A stretch of DNA of 64,000 bases from Acidimicrobiia bacterium (GCA_041577335.1 JBFGJH010000004.1:22549-86548), one strand, 5' to 3'; counted from the first letter of the stretch, positions 1 through 9,600 are shown. A program made the numbers and translations. The notes: generated from the sequence alone by a model not told the origin.

Positions 1-2
1 TC

Positions 3-191
3 TACACGGTTGAATTCCGCGTCGCGTGGTCTGACCTGGGTATGACTCCCGAACCGGGAATGGTCCTCGGCTTCAGGGTGTCGGCCAACGACAACGACGT
101 CTTCGAGCTGCGGCAGGAAGTGATGTATTCCAACGTCGCCGAAAGCACCTTGCTCGACGTCACGTCGTGGGGCACACTTGAACTGGGCTGA
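3..191 (+). CDS. 3' end of an upstream gene (partial, start lies outside the window); hypothetical protein C-terminus ...EFRVAWSDLGMTPEPGMVLGFRVSANDNDVFELRQEVMYSNVAESTLLDVTSWGTLELG*
   Basis: Frame 3 is open from the window edge to TGA at 189-191. The amino-acid composition looks protein-like. It is convergent with the next gene. No start codon lies inside the window. Confidence 0.3.
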   Translation, partial: YTVEFRVAWSDLGMTPEPGMVLGFRVSANDNDVFELRQEVMYSNVAESTLLDVTSWGTLELG

Positions 192-197
192 CGAGCC

Positions 198-3100
198 TCA
201 GCCTGGCACGATCACCGCGTGTGGGTGGGCGTAGACCGTATAGGCCAGCCAGGTCGCATCCCCGGCGTCGGCCGCGGCCTGGCGCGCTGCGATCACCGCG
301 TCGGTCATGCTCTTGCGTTTCAACAACTCTTCGTACAACGTCTCCGTGAAGGTCCGTGCCGGCCGGTCGCCGACCGACCAGAGCGACGACACGAACGCGC
401 CCGCCCCTCGATTGATGAATGCCGCTGCGAAGCCACCGATACCGGTGAGCTGATAGCCGGCTCTGCCAACCTGGCAAGCGTTCAAGACAACCAGCGGCCG
501 GTTGCCGTCGTCGCCGGTCAAGCTGGCGAACTCCGAAACCGTCGTAGCGTTGAGGTACTCAGGGATATAGCTGCCACTTTCAACCCGCCCCTGCATCATC
601 AAGCGCGCGTTGGTGACGTCCGATTGCTCGGCCGTACCGTGACCGGCAAAGTGCAACAGGTCGAAAGATCCGGGTTGCGAGAGCAGTTTGCGGACCTCGC
701 GAACCGTTGGCTCTACCGCCTGCGCACCGAACTGCTGCTGCATGTACCCGAGTTCGGCCTCGGCCTCGGGTAGCCGGAAGTTCGTGCCCTCCGGGTAGGA
801 CGGCACCACAGCCCGAACATGTTCGGGTCGAACACGTATCGCGTCGGGCGGCCAACTTCCATGAAGCCAGCGCACCAACCCCTTGGCTCCCAAGAAATGC
901 TCTTCGGCCCCGAGTGACCCACCCGGTTCCTTCAGATGAACGATCTCCCATGGGATGAAGGGCTCAGTGGACAGAACCTGAATGGCCTTGATCTGATCTC
1001 GGTGCTCCCACAGAGCAGCCCGGATCTCAGGAGGTACCAGCTCTTCGAACAGGGACGAGCCATACGCTCGGATGTCTTGCCGGAAATTGTCGGCATCTTG
1101 TCCGCTGCCGGTCCAGCGATCTTCGATCTCCTTGAAGAGGCGCTCCACATAGGTTTCCCGATCGACCTTCAGCGGCTGCGAGTCGGCGCGAATCAGGAGG
1201 CCTAGTTCTTCTGACTCGAAGTCGAACTCATAGACGACCTGTCCGTCGCTGTAGCGCTCGTTGATCCGCAGCTGGTGTAGTGGTGTCACAAGCGGCGCCG
1301 CCGGCGTCGCCACGCCCTCGCCTCGGATGGTGCCCGACTCGCTGACGGCCGTCTCCACAACGGTTGGCTCGAGCGCCAGGGTGAGGATCGGCACAACGCC
1401 CTGCCGAACCACAATGTCGACCTGTCCTGGTCCCACATCGGTGGCGCGAACGTCGAAGTAGAACTCCAATGAGCCCTCACCTGGTGGGAGCGTTTCCACC
1501 CGGCTTGGTCCCGCCGACTCGAAACCGCGCCGGCACATGACCTGCAAAACGAGTGGCGCCCCCAGCTCAACCTCGCCACTCCCGGACACGGTGACATCGC
1601 CGGCGATCTGGTCGGTGCCCACCCGCACCTCGATCGAGGTGACCTCGCCGAGAACGACCGAATCGTCCATCCCGGCTGCAAACGCCATCTCGGTGGTTTC
1701 GGCCGGGGCATCGGCCGGCGGTTCCACCACAATGGGAGCCGCTACCGCACCTCCGCCTCGGCGAGGCGAACTCGGGGGTGCGTTGACCGCCGCGGGCGGC
1801 GCGGCCGCCATTTCGGCGAACAATCCCCACCAGCGGCGCAACGCTTCGGCCGTGTTTGCCTGCTGGAAGTAGTTGGTGTGGAAAACCGTGCCGTTCGTAC
1901 CGAACTCGAACCTGTCCTTCAGGTATCCGGCCTCCATGCCGGTCATCGAGGACGTGTTGACCACGAGATCGTTGGACTCCCGCATCAGCCTGTCCATGAG
2001 CCCATCTTTCAATATGAACTTCATGCGCGAGGGCAGGCTGTCAGTTGACTCGTCGGCATCGAAGTTCGACGTGACGGCGAAGTAGTCGATGTCGGTTGGC
2101 AGAGGCTGATCAGGGTTTTCCGCATTGAGGTCGACCACGAAGGGGCCGTCTGGAAGCATCGCCGCCAGCCCAGGGATCGTGTCTTCGTCGATCAGCTCGG
2201 TCGCCAGGGCCTTCACAGCGGCCCCGATCAGCTTCAGGCCGCCGGCAATGAGCGCCGCAGGAGCGGCTGCTCCGGGAATCACGGCCCCCGCGCCGGTCGC
2301 ACCGGCGACGATGAGGTTGGTGTAGAGGTCGACCAGGCGGTGCCAATGCTCAGGGCTGGCGAGGAGGGTGCCTCGGTGCGTGGAACCCACGAACACAGCC
2401 CGCTCGACGGTGGCCGTCCAGCCTGACGTCGGGATGACCTTCTCGATCACGCTGCGCAGAACCAGACCACCCCGGCTATACCCGAGTGCATCGATGGTGA
2501 TGTCTTCGGCGCCGGGAATCGAACGAAGCACCGCCACGATGTCTCTGGCGTTCTCCAGCGGATCGACGCTGAGCGTTCGATGGTCGACACCAATCACCAG
2601 GTCGTAGCGATCATGCGCACCGGCCAAGAGGTCGCGGCCTTCCGGCGTGACCCACAGCGGCCCGAAGCTGTTGGACGTCGACGAGAAGGTGCCGTGCACA
2701 AACAGCAGCATCCTTCCGCCAGGAGGCATTGACAGGTCTCCGGGTTCGGCGTGCCGCCACGCAGACGGCCCGTCGGCCGACATCACGACGATGCCCTCCT
2801 CGACATCCTCGAAGTGATTGATGGCGGCCCGTCCCAATGGCGGAGCCACGTACCGGAGGACAAACGCCGTCGCCTTCGCGTAGATCAGATCGCTCACAAA
2901 CCCGCGGGTCGGGTCGATGTCGGGAGCAACCGGACTCAGTTCTATCGAGAATGTCCGTAGCCCACCCGCCGAACGGGTAGCCGCCGGCGCGGCGGAATCT
3001 TGGGGAAGGACCCATGAGTACACGCCATCCTGCTCGACCAGCACCACTGCGTCCTGTCCGGGAGGTGCTTCCAGGGAGATCTCAACCGGCTGGCTTCCGG

Positions 3101-3353
3101 CGAGTGCCGGGGCACTGCGCCGCCTGACACCAGACGGGGGCGTCTGTTCCACGGTTGGCGTCAGCACAACGCGGTCTACCACTTCGAAGTCTGCTCCTGC
3201 CAGAGCGACGCCGAGATCTGGGGCGCCACCTACATCGATCGGCACGGGGCCTGTGGGCAGGTCCACAGAGCCCCGGTCAGCCTCCTGCGTACTGACGCGT
3301 ACAGTCTCGGGCGCATCGATGTGAACCCCTGATGGCAAATCGGCACTCGCCAT
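198..3353 (-). CDS. Large multidomain protein (~1051 aa): N-terminal region, alpha/beta-hydrolase (lipase/esterase-like, GxSxG = GYSRGG) and C-terminal CHAT (caspase-like) protease domain
   Basis: Uninterrupted ORF 198..3434. The internal ATG at 3351-3353 is preceded by AAGGGGAG; an alternative GTG sits at 3434. Hydrolase motifs: LLFVHGTF, ALGYSRGGLV, NDLVVN, VFHTNYF. CHAT motifs near the C-terminus: LLHFAGHG (His) and VVLNACQVG (Cys), then LWSVGD. Codon usage has high GC3. Confidence 0.75.
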   Translation of the reverse strand: MASADLPSGVHIDAPETVRVSTQEADRGSVDLPTGPVPIDVGGAPDLGVALAGADFEVVDRVVLTPTVEQTPPSGVRRRSAPALAGSQPVEISLEAPPGQDAVVLVEQDGVYSWVLPQDSAAPAATRSAGGLRTFSIELSPVAPDIDPTRGFVSDLIYAKATAFVLRYVAPPLGRAAINHFEDVEEGIVVMSADGPSAWRHAEPGDLSMPPGGRMLLFVHGTFSSTSNSFGPLWVTPEGRDLLAGAHDRYDLVIGVDHRTLSVDPLENARDIVAVLRSIPGAEDITIDALGYSRGGLVLRSVIEKVIPTSGWTATVERAVFVGSTHRGTLLASPEHWHRLVDLYTNLIVAGATGAGAVIPGAAAPAALIAGGLKLIGAAVKALATELIDEDTIPGLAAMLPDGPFVVDLNAENPDQPLPTDIDYFAVTSNFDADESTDSLPSRMKFILKDGLMDRLMRESNDLVVNTSSMTGMEAGYLKDRFEFGTNGTVFHTNYFQQANTAEALRRWWGLFAEMAAAPPAAVNAPPSSPRRGGGAVAAPIVVEPPADAPAETTEMAFAAGMDDSVVLGEVTSIEVRVGTDQIAGDVTVSGSGEVELGAPLVLQVMCRRGFESAGPSRVETLPPGEGSLEFYFDVRATDVGPGQVDIVVRQGVVPILTLALEPTVVETAVSESGTIRGEGVATPAAPLVTPLHQLRINERYSDGQVVYEFDFESEELGLLIRADSQPLKVDRETYVERLFKEIEDRWTGSGQDADNFRQDIRAYGSSLFEELVPPEIRAALWEHRDQIKAIQVLSTEPFIPWEIVHLKEPGGSLGAEEHFLGAKGLVRWLHGSWPPDAIRVRPEHVRAVVPSYPEGTNFRLPEAEAELGYMQQQFGAQAVEPTVREVRKLLSQPGSFDLLHFAGHGTAEQSDVTNARLMMQGRVESGSYIPEYLNATTVSEFASLTGDDGNRPLVVLNACQVGRAGYQLTGIGGFAAAFINRGAGAFVSSLWSVGDRPARTFTETLYEELLKRKSMTDAVIAARQAAADAGDATWLAYTVYAHPHAVIVPG

Positions 3354-3502
3354 ATGCTCCCCTTTTCGAGTGGTCTTGAACCTACATGGCCATCCGCGCC
3401 GGCGGAGGGCATTGACCCGGTCCCAACCGCCCACTCAGCGCTGCAGGGACGGTCTGTTCAGGGCTATCGTTTGGTCAGATAGTCGCTGAGGGGAAGCTCA
3501 CC

Positions 3503-5233
3503 ATGACGACAACCGTAGGCAGCATCATTCATCCCGAGGGCCGGCACGTCATCGAGCCGACTACCCATGAGCAGATCGATGTCGCCATCGCCGCGCTTCA
3601 GGACAACAAGCAGCGTTGGCTGAATCTATCCATCGAGGACCGCATCTTTCACCTCGAGCAAACGATGGCAAACACCTTGGCAGTCTCCGAGCGATGGGTG
3701 GAAGCAGCTTGCGAAGCCAAGGGCATCGATTTCGATGCTGCGGTGGCCGGTGAGGAGTGGTCATCTGGCCCGTATCTCCTCATTCGCAATGCTCGTTTGC
3801 TGCGCGACTCATTGAGAGCGCTCGCAGATGGCCGCAAACCCGAACTGCCGGCGGTTTCGACGCGGCCGGACGGTCAGGTAGTCGCCAAGGTCTTTCCGAC
3901 CGACCTTTATGACCAGGCCGTCTTGAACGGGTTCGTGGGCGAAGTATGGATGCAGCCCGGTGTCACACCCGGCAATCTCGCCAGCACCCAGGCGGTGGCT
4001 TACGACAGCCTGCCTGAGGCCGCCGTCGGGCTGGTGCTCGGTGCCGGCAACATTTCCTCCATCGCGCCAATGGATGCACTCACGATGCTCTTCACCAAGA
4101 AACACGTGGCGCTCCTGAAACTCAACCCTGTCAATGAGTACCTCGGTCCCTTCATTGCTGAGGCCTTGGCTTCGCTCATCGAGGAAGGCTTCGTGCGGAT
4201 CATCTACGGCGGCGTCGAGGCCGGCCACTATGCCTGTGTCCACGATGGGGTAGATACGATTCACGTCACTGGGGCAGACAAGACCTACTACTCGATCCTA
4301 TTCGGCGACGGGGAGGAAGGCGAGGCTCGCCGTATGCGGGACGAGCCGCTCCTCACCAAGCCCGTGTCTGCCGAGTTGGGCAATGTCACTCCGGTGATCG
4401 TGGTGCCAGGTCCGTGGACCACAGCCGACATCGAGTATCAGGCGAAGAACCTCGCCGGGATGCTGACCCACAACGCCGGCTTCAACTGCATTGCGACGCG
4501 GGTGTTGCTCACTCACGGACACTGGAAGCATCGTGAAGCCCTCCTGTCAGCAATCGGGGACACGCTGACTGCAACTCCAACCCGTCCCGCCTACTACCCC
4601 GGAGCCGAAGAACGACTCGCCAGATTCGTCGAGGCGCATCCCGAAGCGCGCCGCTACGGCAACGGAGTCGCAGCCGACTGGACTTTCATCACCGATCTCG
4701 ACGAGAACGAAGAAGACCTGTGCTTTTCCGTAGAGCCCTTCGCAGGGATCTTCGCCGAAGCTCCTTTGGATGCTCCCCGGTCGGTGCCGGAATTCATCGA
4801 GCAGGCCGTCGAGTTCTGCAACAGCAAGCTGTGGGGAACACTGGCCGCCACCTTGATTGTGCACCCCGAATCGCTGAAGGACCCAGCCATCGCCGACGCC
4901 GTCGAAGATGCCATCGCCGGGCTCCGGTATGGAACGGTCACCGTGAATGCCTGGTCCGGCATCGGGTACCTGTTGGTTTCGACCACCTGGGGGGCATACC
5001 CCGGCCACACCCGATCGGAAATCGGCTCCGGCCTCGGCGTTGTGCACAACACCTATCTGTTCGATCAGGCCCAGAAGTCAGTGGTGCGAGCGCCATTCAA
5101 GTCGTACCCCAAACCGTTGTGGTTCGCCGAAAACAAACAAACTCACAATGTGGCCCGATATCTCACCCAGTTCGAAGCGGATCCGCAGCCTTGGAAGCTG
5201 CTTCCTGTGTTCGGGGCTGCCCTCGCTGGATGA
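3503..5233 (+). CDS. Aldehyde dehydrogenase family protein
   Basis: ATG at 3503 is preceded by GAGGGGAAG. ALDH-like motifs: ELGNVTPVIVVPGPW and NAGFNCIATRVLL (catalytic Cys region). 576 aa. Divergent from the CHAT gene. Confidence 0.75.
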   Translation: MTTTVGSIIHPEGRHVIEPTTHEQIDVAIAALQDNKQRWLNLSIEDRIFHLEQTMANTLAVSERWVEAACEAKGIDFDAAVAGEEWSSGPYLLIRNARLLRDSLRALADGRKPELPAVSTRPDGQVVAKVFPTDLYDQAVLNGFVGEVWMQPGVTPGNLASTQAVAYDSLPEAAVGLVLGAGNISSIAPMDALTMLFTKKHVALLKLNPVNEYLGPFIAEALASLIEEGFVRIIYGGVEAGHYACVHDGVDTIHVTGADKTYYSILFGDGEEGEARRMRDEPLLTKPVSAELGNVTPVIVVPGPWTTADIEYQAKNLAGMLTHNAGFNCIATRVLLTHGHWKHREALLSAIGDTLTATPTRPAYYPGAEERLARFVEAHPEARRYGNGVAADWTFITDLDENEEDLCFSVEPFAGIFAEAPLDAPRSVPEFIEQAVEFCNSKLWGTLAATLIVHPESLKDPAIADAVEDAIAGLRYGTVTVNAWSGIGYLLVSTTWGAYPGHTRSEIGSGLGVVHNTYLFDQAQKSVVRAPFKSYPKPLWFAENKQTHNVARYLTQFEADPQPWKLLPVFGAALAG

Positions 5234-5270
5234 GAACCGGGTCGGCCCGAGGCATCCAACCTCATAGGGG

Positions 5271-6119
5271 ATGACGATGAAACACGGTGTGGTGATCTTC
5301 CCAACCGATAAGGCCATCCAGCCCGTCGAGCTGGCACAGGCCGCCGAGGACCGGGGCTTTGAGTCACTCTGGTTCCCGGAGCACTCGCACATTCCTGCGT
5401 CGCGTCGAACGCCATGGGGTGGCCGTAAGGACGCAGACGACCTGCCAGAAGAGTATTGGCGCTTGCACGACCAGTTCGTCGCCTTGTCTGCGGCCGCTGC
5501 GGTCACGTCCACGATCCGGCTCGGAACTGGCATCACGCTGGTGGTGCAGCGCGACCCATTCTGGTTGGCCAAGCAGGTGGCGTCGTTGGATGTCATCTCC
5601 AACGGCCGGTTCATCTTCGGTGTGGGTTTTGGGTGGAATGTCGAGGAAGCCGAAGACCATGGGATCAACTTCAAGAAACGCCATCGGATCGTTGACGAGA
5701 TGTTGAGCGCCATGAAGCTGATCTGGACAGAGGACGAGCCTGAGTTCCACGGCGAATTCGTGGACTTCGACCGTCTGTGGGCCTGGCCCAAGCCGGTCCA
5801 GCAGCCGCACCCCCCGATCGTGTTTGGGACCGGTACCGGTCCCTTGGGGACCAAAGCGGTGATTGCTCATGCCGATGGCTGGATGCCCCTGCGGTTGTCC
5901 CGCAGCTACGAAGAGGAGATCGCCGCCATGCGCAAGGCATTGGCGGCGGCGGGCCGCGACCCAGAAGAGCTCGAGATCACGATCTTCTACGCCAAGCCTG
6001 ACGAGGATCTGCTCTCCGAATTCCGCAAGCTCGGCGTCGCCAGAGTCATCTTCTCGCTCCCGCCGGCCGGTCGTGAGGTTGTGATCCCCAAGCTCGACGA
6101 GTTGGCCCGGCTCAGCTGA
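5271..6119 (+). CDS. LLM class (luciferase-like) F420-dependent oxidoreductase
   Basis: MKHGVVIFPTDKAIQPVELAQAAEDRGFESLWFPEHSHIP is a typical TIM-barrel LLM N-terminus. 282 aa. RBS TAGGGGATGA before the ATG. Confidence 0.85.
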   Translation: MTMKHGVVIFPTDKAIQPVELAQAAEDRGFESLWFPEHSHIPASRRTPWGGRKDADDLPEEYWRLHDQFVALSAAAAVTSTIRLGTGITLVVQRDPFWLAKQVASLDVISNGRFIFGVGFGWNVEEAEDHGINFKKRHRIVDEMLSAMKLIWTEDEPEFHGEFVDFDRLWAWPKPVQQPHPPIVFGTGTGPLGTKAVIAHADGWMPLRLSRSYEEEIAAMRKALAAAGRDPEELEITIFYAKPDEDLLSEFRKLGVARVIFSLPPAGREVVIPKLDELARLS

Positions 6120-7605
6120 CCGATTCGGTCGCGAATCGAGTAATCAGAGGCGCGAACCGGTCGACGATCGCCGGGCTGAGGGCGGGCGGGGAGATCATCG
6201 CCTCGCTGACGCCCACCTCCACATATCGGCGAAAGTGACCGACCAGATCGTCGACGGTGCCGCCATTGACCTCTTGGGCGAACTCCTCGGCGGTCGTGTT
6301 GGGGGGGCGCAGCTCTTCGAGGAGGGCGCCCAGGTCGTCGCGGTCAGCAGCCGCCAGGGCGGAGCCGAGGTGGGTAAGGGCGATCTCGCCCGGATCCCTC
6401 CCAACTGCTGCACAGTGATTCTCCAATACCTTTCGTTTGGCACTGACTCGGTCGGGGTCCCCCATGAAGTTGGCGGCATCGGCGTGGCGGGCGACCAGGA
6501 GGAGGGTGCGCTGCTCACCGGACCCGCCCACGAGGAGCGGGATCTTCTCTTGGAGCGGGCGCGGATAGTTCATTGCCTCGAGCATCGAGATCGTGGCACC
6601 GTCAAAGGGCTTGCCGCCGGGACCCCACACCAGCGGTAGCGCCTGGAGCGCATCCTCGAGCCCGTCGAGGCGGACCTTGGCTGGGGGGAACTCGTAGCCG
6701 AACGCCTTGGCCTCCTGCTCGAACCATCCGGCCCCGAGCCCGCACCGGGCCCGGCCCCCTGACAGCACGTCGAGGGTGGCGATGATCTTGCCGAGGTAGC
6801 CGATATTGCGAAACCCGACGTTGGTCACCAGCACGCCCAGCTTGATCGTCGTCGTGATCCCGGCCAAGTACGCCAGCGTTGTGTAGCTCTCCAGCAGCGG
6901 GTCCCACGCCCGACCGACCTGGGGGATCTGGCGCAGGTGGTCCATCACCCACAGCGTTGTGAAACCAGCTTGTTCTGCGGCACCCGCAACCTCACCGAGG
7001 CGTACTGCGATCTCCTCGTCGGGCCAGTCGAACCGCGCCACGACGAGACCGAATTCCAACTGGGCGGGGGTGGATGTCTGGCGCTCCGCCGCTTCGGCCG
7101 CAGCCGCCGAGGCGGCCGGGCCACGGGCGACCTCGGAGGGCGCCGTTGCGATTCGATCGAATCCGTCGTCGGGAAGTTCGCCAACCACCTCGCGGTGCCG
7201 TCGGAGCTGCGCATCGAGCACCCGGACGGGTACCGGATCGCGGCGGCGCCGGTTGCGCTCTCGAGACACTTCAGCGGGTGCGTCCAGCACCACGGCCACG
7301 GCCTCCAAACCGGCTTCTTTGGCCAGTTGTGCCCATCGGCGACGGGCACCCCGGTCGAATCCGGTCGTGTCGACGACGGTGGTCAATCCCCGTCCGAGCC
7401 GAAGTACGACAATCCGCTCCAGCAGTTCGAACGCATCCACCGAAGCCTCTTGGTCCCAGTCGCCTCGGCCCACCATGCCGCGCAGAGCGTCGGAGGAGAC
7501 CACCGCCCCGGGGAAATGCGAGTGGGCCCAGGTGGACTTGCCCGACCCGGCCGGGCCCACGAGCACCACCAGCGCCGGGCGTTCGAATCGGAGCGGCTCG
7601 CTCAC
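6112..7605 (-). CDS. Fusion protein: N-terminal AAA_33-type P-loop kinase/ATPase domain plus C-terminal LLM class F420-dependent oxidoreductase domain
   Basis: P-loop LVVLVGPAGSGKST followed by VVSSDALRG (AAA_33-like). C-terminal LLM motifs: TLWVMDHL, DVLSGGRARCGLGAGW. The likely start is GTG at 7605..7603, forming a GTGA overlap with the stop of the upstream SDR gene. A TTG at 7617 is the alternative. Confidence 0.75.
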   Translation of the reverse strand: MSEPLRFERPALVVLVGPAGSGKSTWAHSHFPGAVVSSDALRGMVGRGDWDQEASVDAFELLERIVVLRLGRGLTTVVDTTGFDRGARRRWAQLAKEAGLEAVAVVLDAPAEVSRERNRRRRDPVPVRVLDAQLRRHREVVGELPDDGFDRIATAPSEVARGPAASAAAAEAAERQTSTPAQLEFGLVVARFDWPDEEIAVRLGEVAGAAEQAGFTTLWVMDHLRQIPQVGRAWDPLLESYTTLAYLAGITTTIKLGVLVTNVGFRNIGYLGKIIATLDVLSGGRARCGLGAGWFEQEAKAFGYEFPPAKVRLDGLEDALQALPLVWGPGGKPFDGATISMLEAMNYPRPLQEKIPLLVGGSGEQRTLLLVARHADAANFMGDPDRVSAKRKVLENHCAAVGRDPGEIALTHLGSALAAADRDDLGALLEELRPPNTTAEEFAQEVNGGTVDDLVGHFRRYVEVGVSEAMISPPALSPAIVDRFAPLITRFATESVS

Positions 7606-8366
7606 TGCGCCGTCCAACCCCCGTCCACCGGGAGCACGGTGCCGTTGACCATGCCCGAGCCGGGTGAGGCGAGGTAGACGACGGCGGACGCAACATCGTC
7701 GATGGTGGCCACCCGCCCTGCAGGAATCCGTTCGACCACCGCCTTCAGATAGTCCGGGTCGTCGAGGCGTTCAGCCGTTCCCGGGGTGTAGACAAACGTC
7801 GGGGCGACTGCATTGACCGTGACGCCGTGTGGAGCCCACTCCAGCGCCAGAACCTTGATCATCGCGTTGATGCCCCCCTTCGACGTCGTATAGACAGCGT
7901 GGTCACGGATCCCTACGATGCCGGCCTGGGAGCTCATGACCACGATCCGTCCATATCCGTTGGGCACCATATGGCGGCCGGCCGCCTGACAAGTGAAGAA
8001 GGCGCCTTTGAGATTCACGGCCATCATCCGGTCCCAATCGTCCTCGGTGACCTCCAACGCCGGCTGATTGTCGCCGAGACCGGCGTTGACCACGCAGATA
8101 TCGAGGCCGCCGAGTGAAGCGACGGCCCGGTCGATCGCCCCACCGGTGGCGTCCACGTTGGTCACATCGAAAACCACAGCCACAACCTCGTGTCCGTTCG
8201 CGGCGAGCTCCGCTTCCAGCGATCGAAGGAGGCCCTCGTCGCGCCCGCAGACCGCTACTGAGGCGCCTGCCTCGGCCAGAGCCAGGGCCAGGCCGCGACC
8301 GATACCGCGAGTTGCGCCGGTGACGAGGGCTCGCGAACCCTCTAGCAGTTGAGCAGTTGCCATCAT
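7602..8366 (-). CDS. SDR family NAD(P)-dependent oxidoreductase (short-chain dehydrogenase)
   Basis: TGATRGIGRGLALALAEAGASV (TGxxxGxG) and YTTSKGGINAMIK (YxxxK). 254 aa. Start MM at 8366. Confidence 0.9.
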   Translation of the reverse strand: MMATAQLLEGSRALVTGATRGIGRGLALALAEAGASVAVCGRDEGLLRSLEAELAANGHEVVAVVFDVTNVDATGGAIDRAVASLGGLDICVVNAGLGDNQPALEVTEDDWDRMMAVNLKGAFFTCQAAGRHMVPNGYGRIVVMSSQAGIVGIRDHAVYTTSKGGINAMIKVLALEWAPHGVTVNAVAPTFVYTPGTAERLDDPDYLKAVVERIPAGRVATIDDVASAVVYLASPGSGMVNGTVLPVDGGWTAQ

Positions 8367-8479
8367 TGCAATCTAACTCCCAGGTTCCGGGGCCACCCGT
8401 TGCGAACCCTGAGGTGCTCCGGGGATTGACAGGGAAAGTCCCGATACAAGCTGGTGCCGGTTTGCGAGACGATCAGGCC

Positions 8480-8854
8480 ATGCAAACAGTTACTCAATCC
8501 CAAACAAACCGTCTCGAGCGGCCCGTCAGCGATCGGTTGGTTGCCGGCGTCGCTGCCGGGGTGGCCGACTACTTCTCGATCTCGACACTGGCCGTCAGAA
8601 TCGGATTCATCGCTCTGACACTCGTCGGCGCCGGGATCCCCTTGTACGCCATCGGCTGGCTCTTGCTTCCTTCATCGGACGAAACCCAGTCACCGGCCGA
8701 AGGTCTCCTGGCCCGGGTGGATAGTCGAGGTAAGCAGGCCGCCGCAATCGTCATCGGTTTCTTGGTGCTGGCCGCGGTGGTCGGCTACTCGCCCGTGATT
8801 CTGCTGATGGCGGTGGCGCTCGGCGTCGTCTCGTATCGCCTCTTGGAAAACTGA
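8480..8854 (+). CDS. PspC domain-containing membrane protein
   Basis: RLVAGVAAGVADYFSISTLAVRIGFIALTLVGAGIPLYAIGWLLLP is a typical PspC domain plus transmembrane helix. The ATG at 8480 was chosen inside the longer ORF 8357..8854 to avoid overlap with the SDR gene. Confidence 0.65.
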   Translation: MQTVTQSQTNRLERPVSDRLVAGVAAGVADYFSISTLAVRIGFIALTLVGAGIPLYAIGWLLLPSSDETQSPAEGLLARVDSRGKQAAAIVIGFLVLAAVVGYSPVILLMAVALGVVSYRLLEN

Positions 8855-8867
8855 AGGAGAACTGACC

Positions 8868-9545
8868 ATGCGCGTTCTCAAGATCTTGTCAGCGGTAGCC
8901 GGAATCGGAGCCCTCATCGTCAGCGCGGCATTGGTCGTCGGCGGCGCCACGATCCTGACCGCCACGGGCGATGACGGCTTCACTCAGGTTCCCACGCTCC
9001 ACGTGACCAACCCGGCCGCCGGAGTGGTTGCCGACGACATCGACCTCTACGTCGATGGAAACCGCAACGGGTTCACGATCAGCCCGGGCGAATTCCGAGT
9101 GCTCGCCGACATCGAGTCGAGCAAGGATGTGTTCGTCGGCATCGGCCCGGACCACGAGGTGATGAGCTATCTCGAAGAGGCTGGATACACGCAGACTCGC
9201 TTTCGGGGCGACGAGGTCCGGCTCACGGTCCCCGAAGGGTCGGTGGTCGGAGATCCGAGCGACCAAGATTTCTGGCTGGCCACCAACGCCGATTCGTCCC
9301 TCGACTGGACGGTGACCGAAGGCGACTACGCCTTCGTGATCGTGAACCGGGATGGCTCGGCGGGCCTCGACCTCTCGATCGACGGCGCGGTCAGAGTTCC
9401 ATTCCTTCGCCCGATCGGCGGTGCCCTGCTCGGAATCGGCATCGTGATGGCAGTGGCGGGATTGGCGCTCGTGTACTTCGGACTGCGCCGGGAGGATCCA
9501 CCTCCGCCACCGGAACCCGAAGGTGTGACTCCGCTGCCGGCATAG
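8868..9545 (+). CDS. Hypothetical membrane-anchored protein (N- and C-terminal TM helices, Pro-rich tail)
   Basis: ATG at 8868 with a strong RBS AAGGAGA. N-terminal [22 protein letters not shown]-terminal TM, then PPPPPEPEG. Confidence 0.6.
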   Translation: MRVLKILSAVAGIGALIVSAALVVGGATILTATGDDGFTQVPTLHVTNPAAGVVADDIDLYVDGNRNGFTISPGEFRVLADIESSKDVFVGIGPDHEVMSYLEEAGYTQTRFRGDEVRLTVPEGSVVGDPSDQDFWLATNADSSLDWTVTEGDYAFVIVNRDGSAGLDLSIDGAVRVPFLRPIGGALLGIGIVMAVAGLALVYFGLRREDPPPPPEPEGVTPLPA

Positions 9546-9565
9546 GCAATTCCTTTTTCCCCTTC

Positions 9566-9594
9566 AGCGGCTGCGCCACGCTCGGGCGCAGCCG
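9566..9594 (+). terminator. GC-rich stem-loop (11-bp perfect inverted repeat GCGGCTGCGCC / GGCGCAGCCGC, 7-nt loop) just after the stop at 9545
   Basis: Seen directly in the sequence. It is preceded by a TTTTTCCCCTT tract. There is no U-tail after the stem, so terminator function is uncertain. Confidence 0.35.
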
Positions 9595-9600
9595 CATCAC

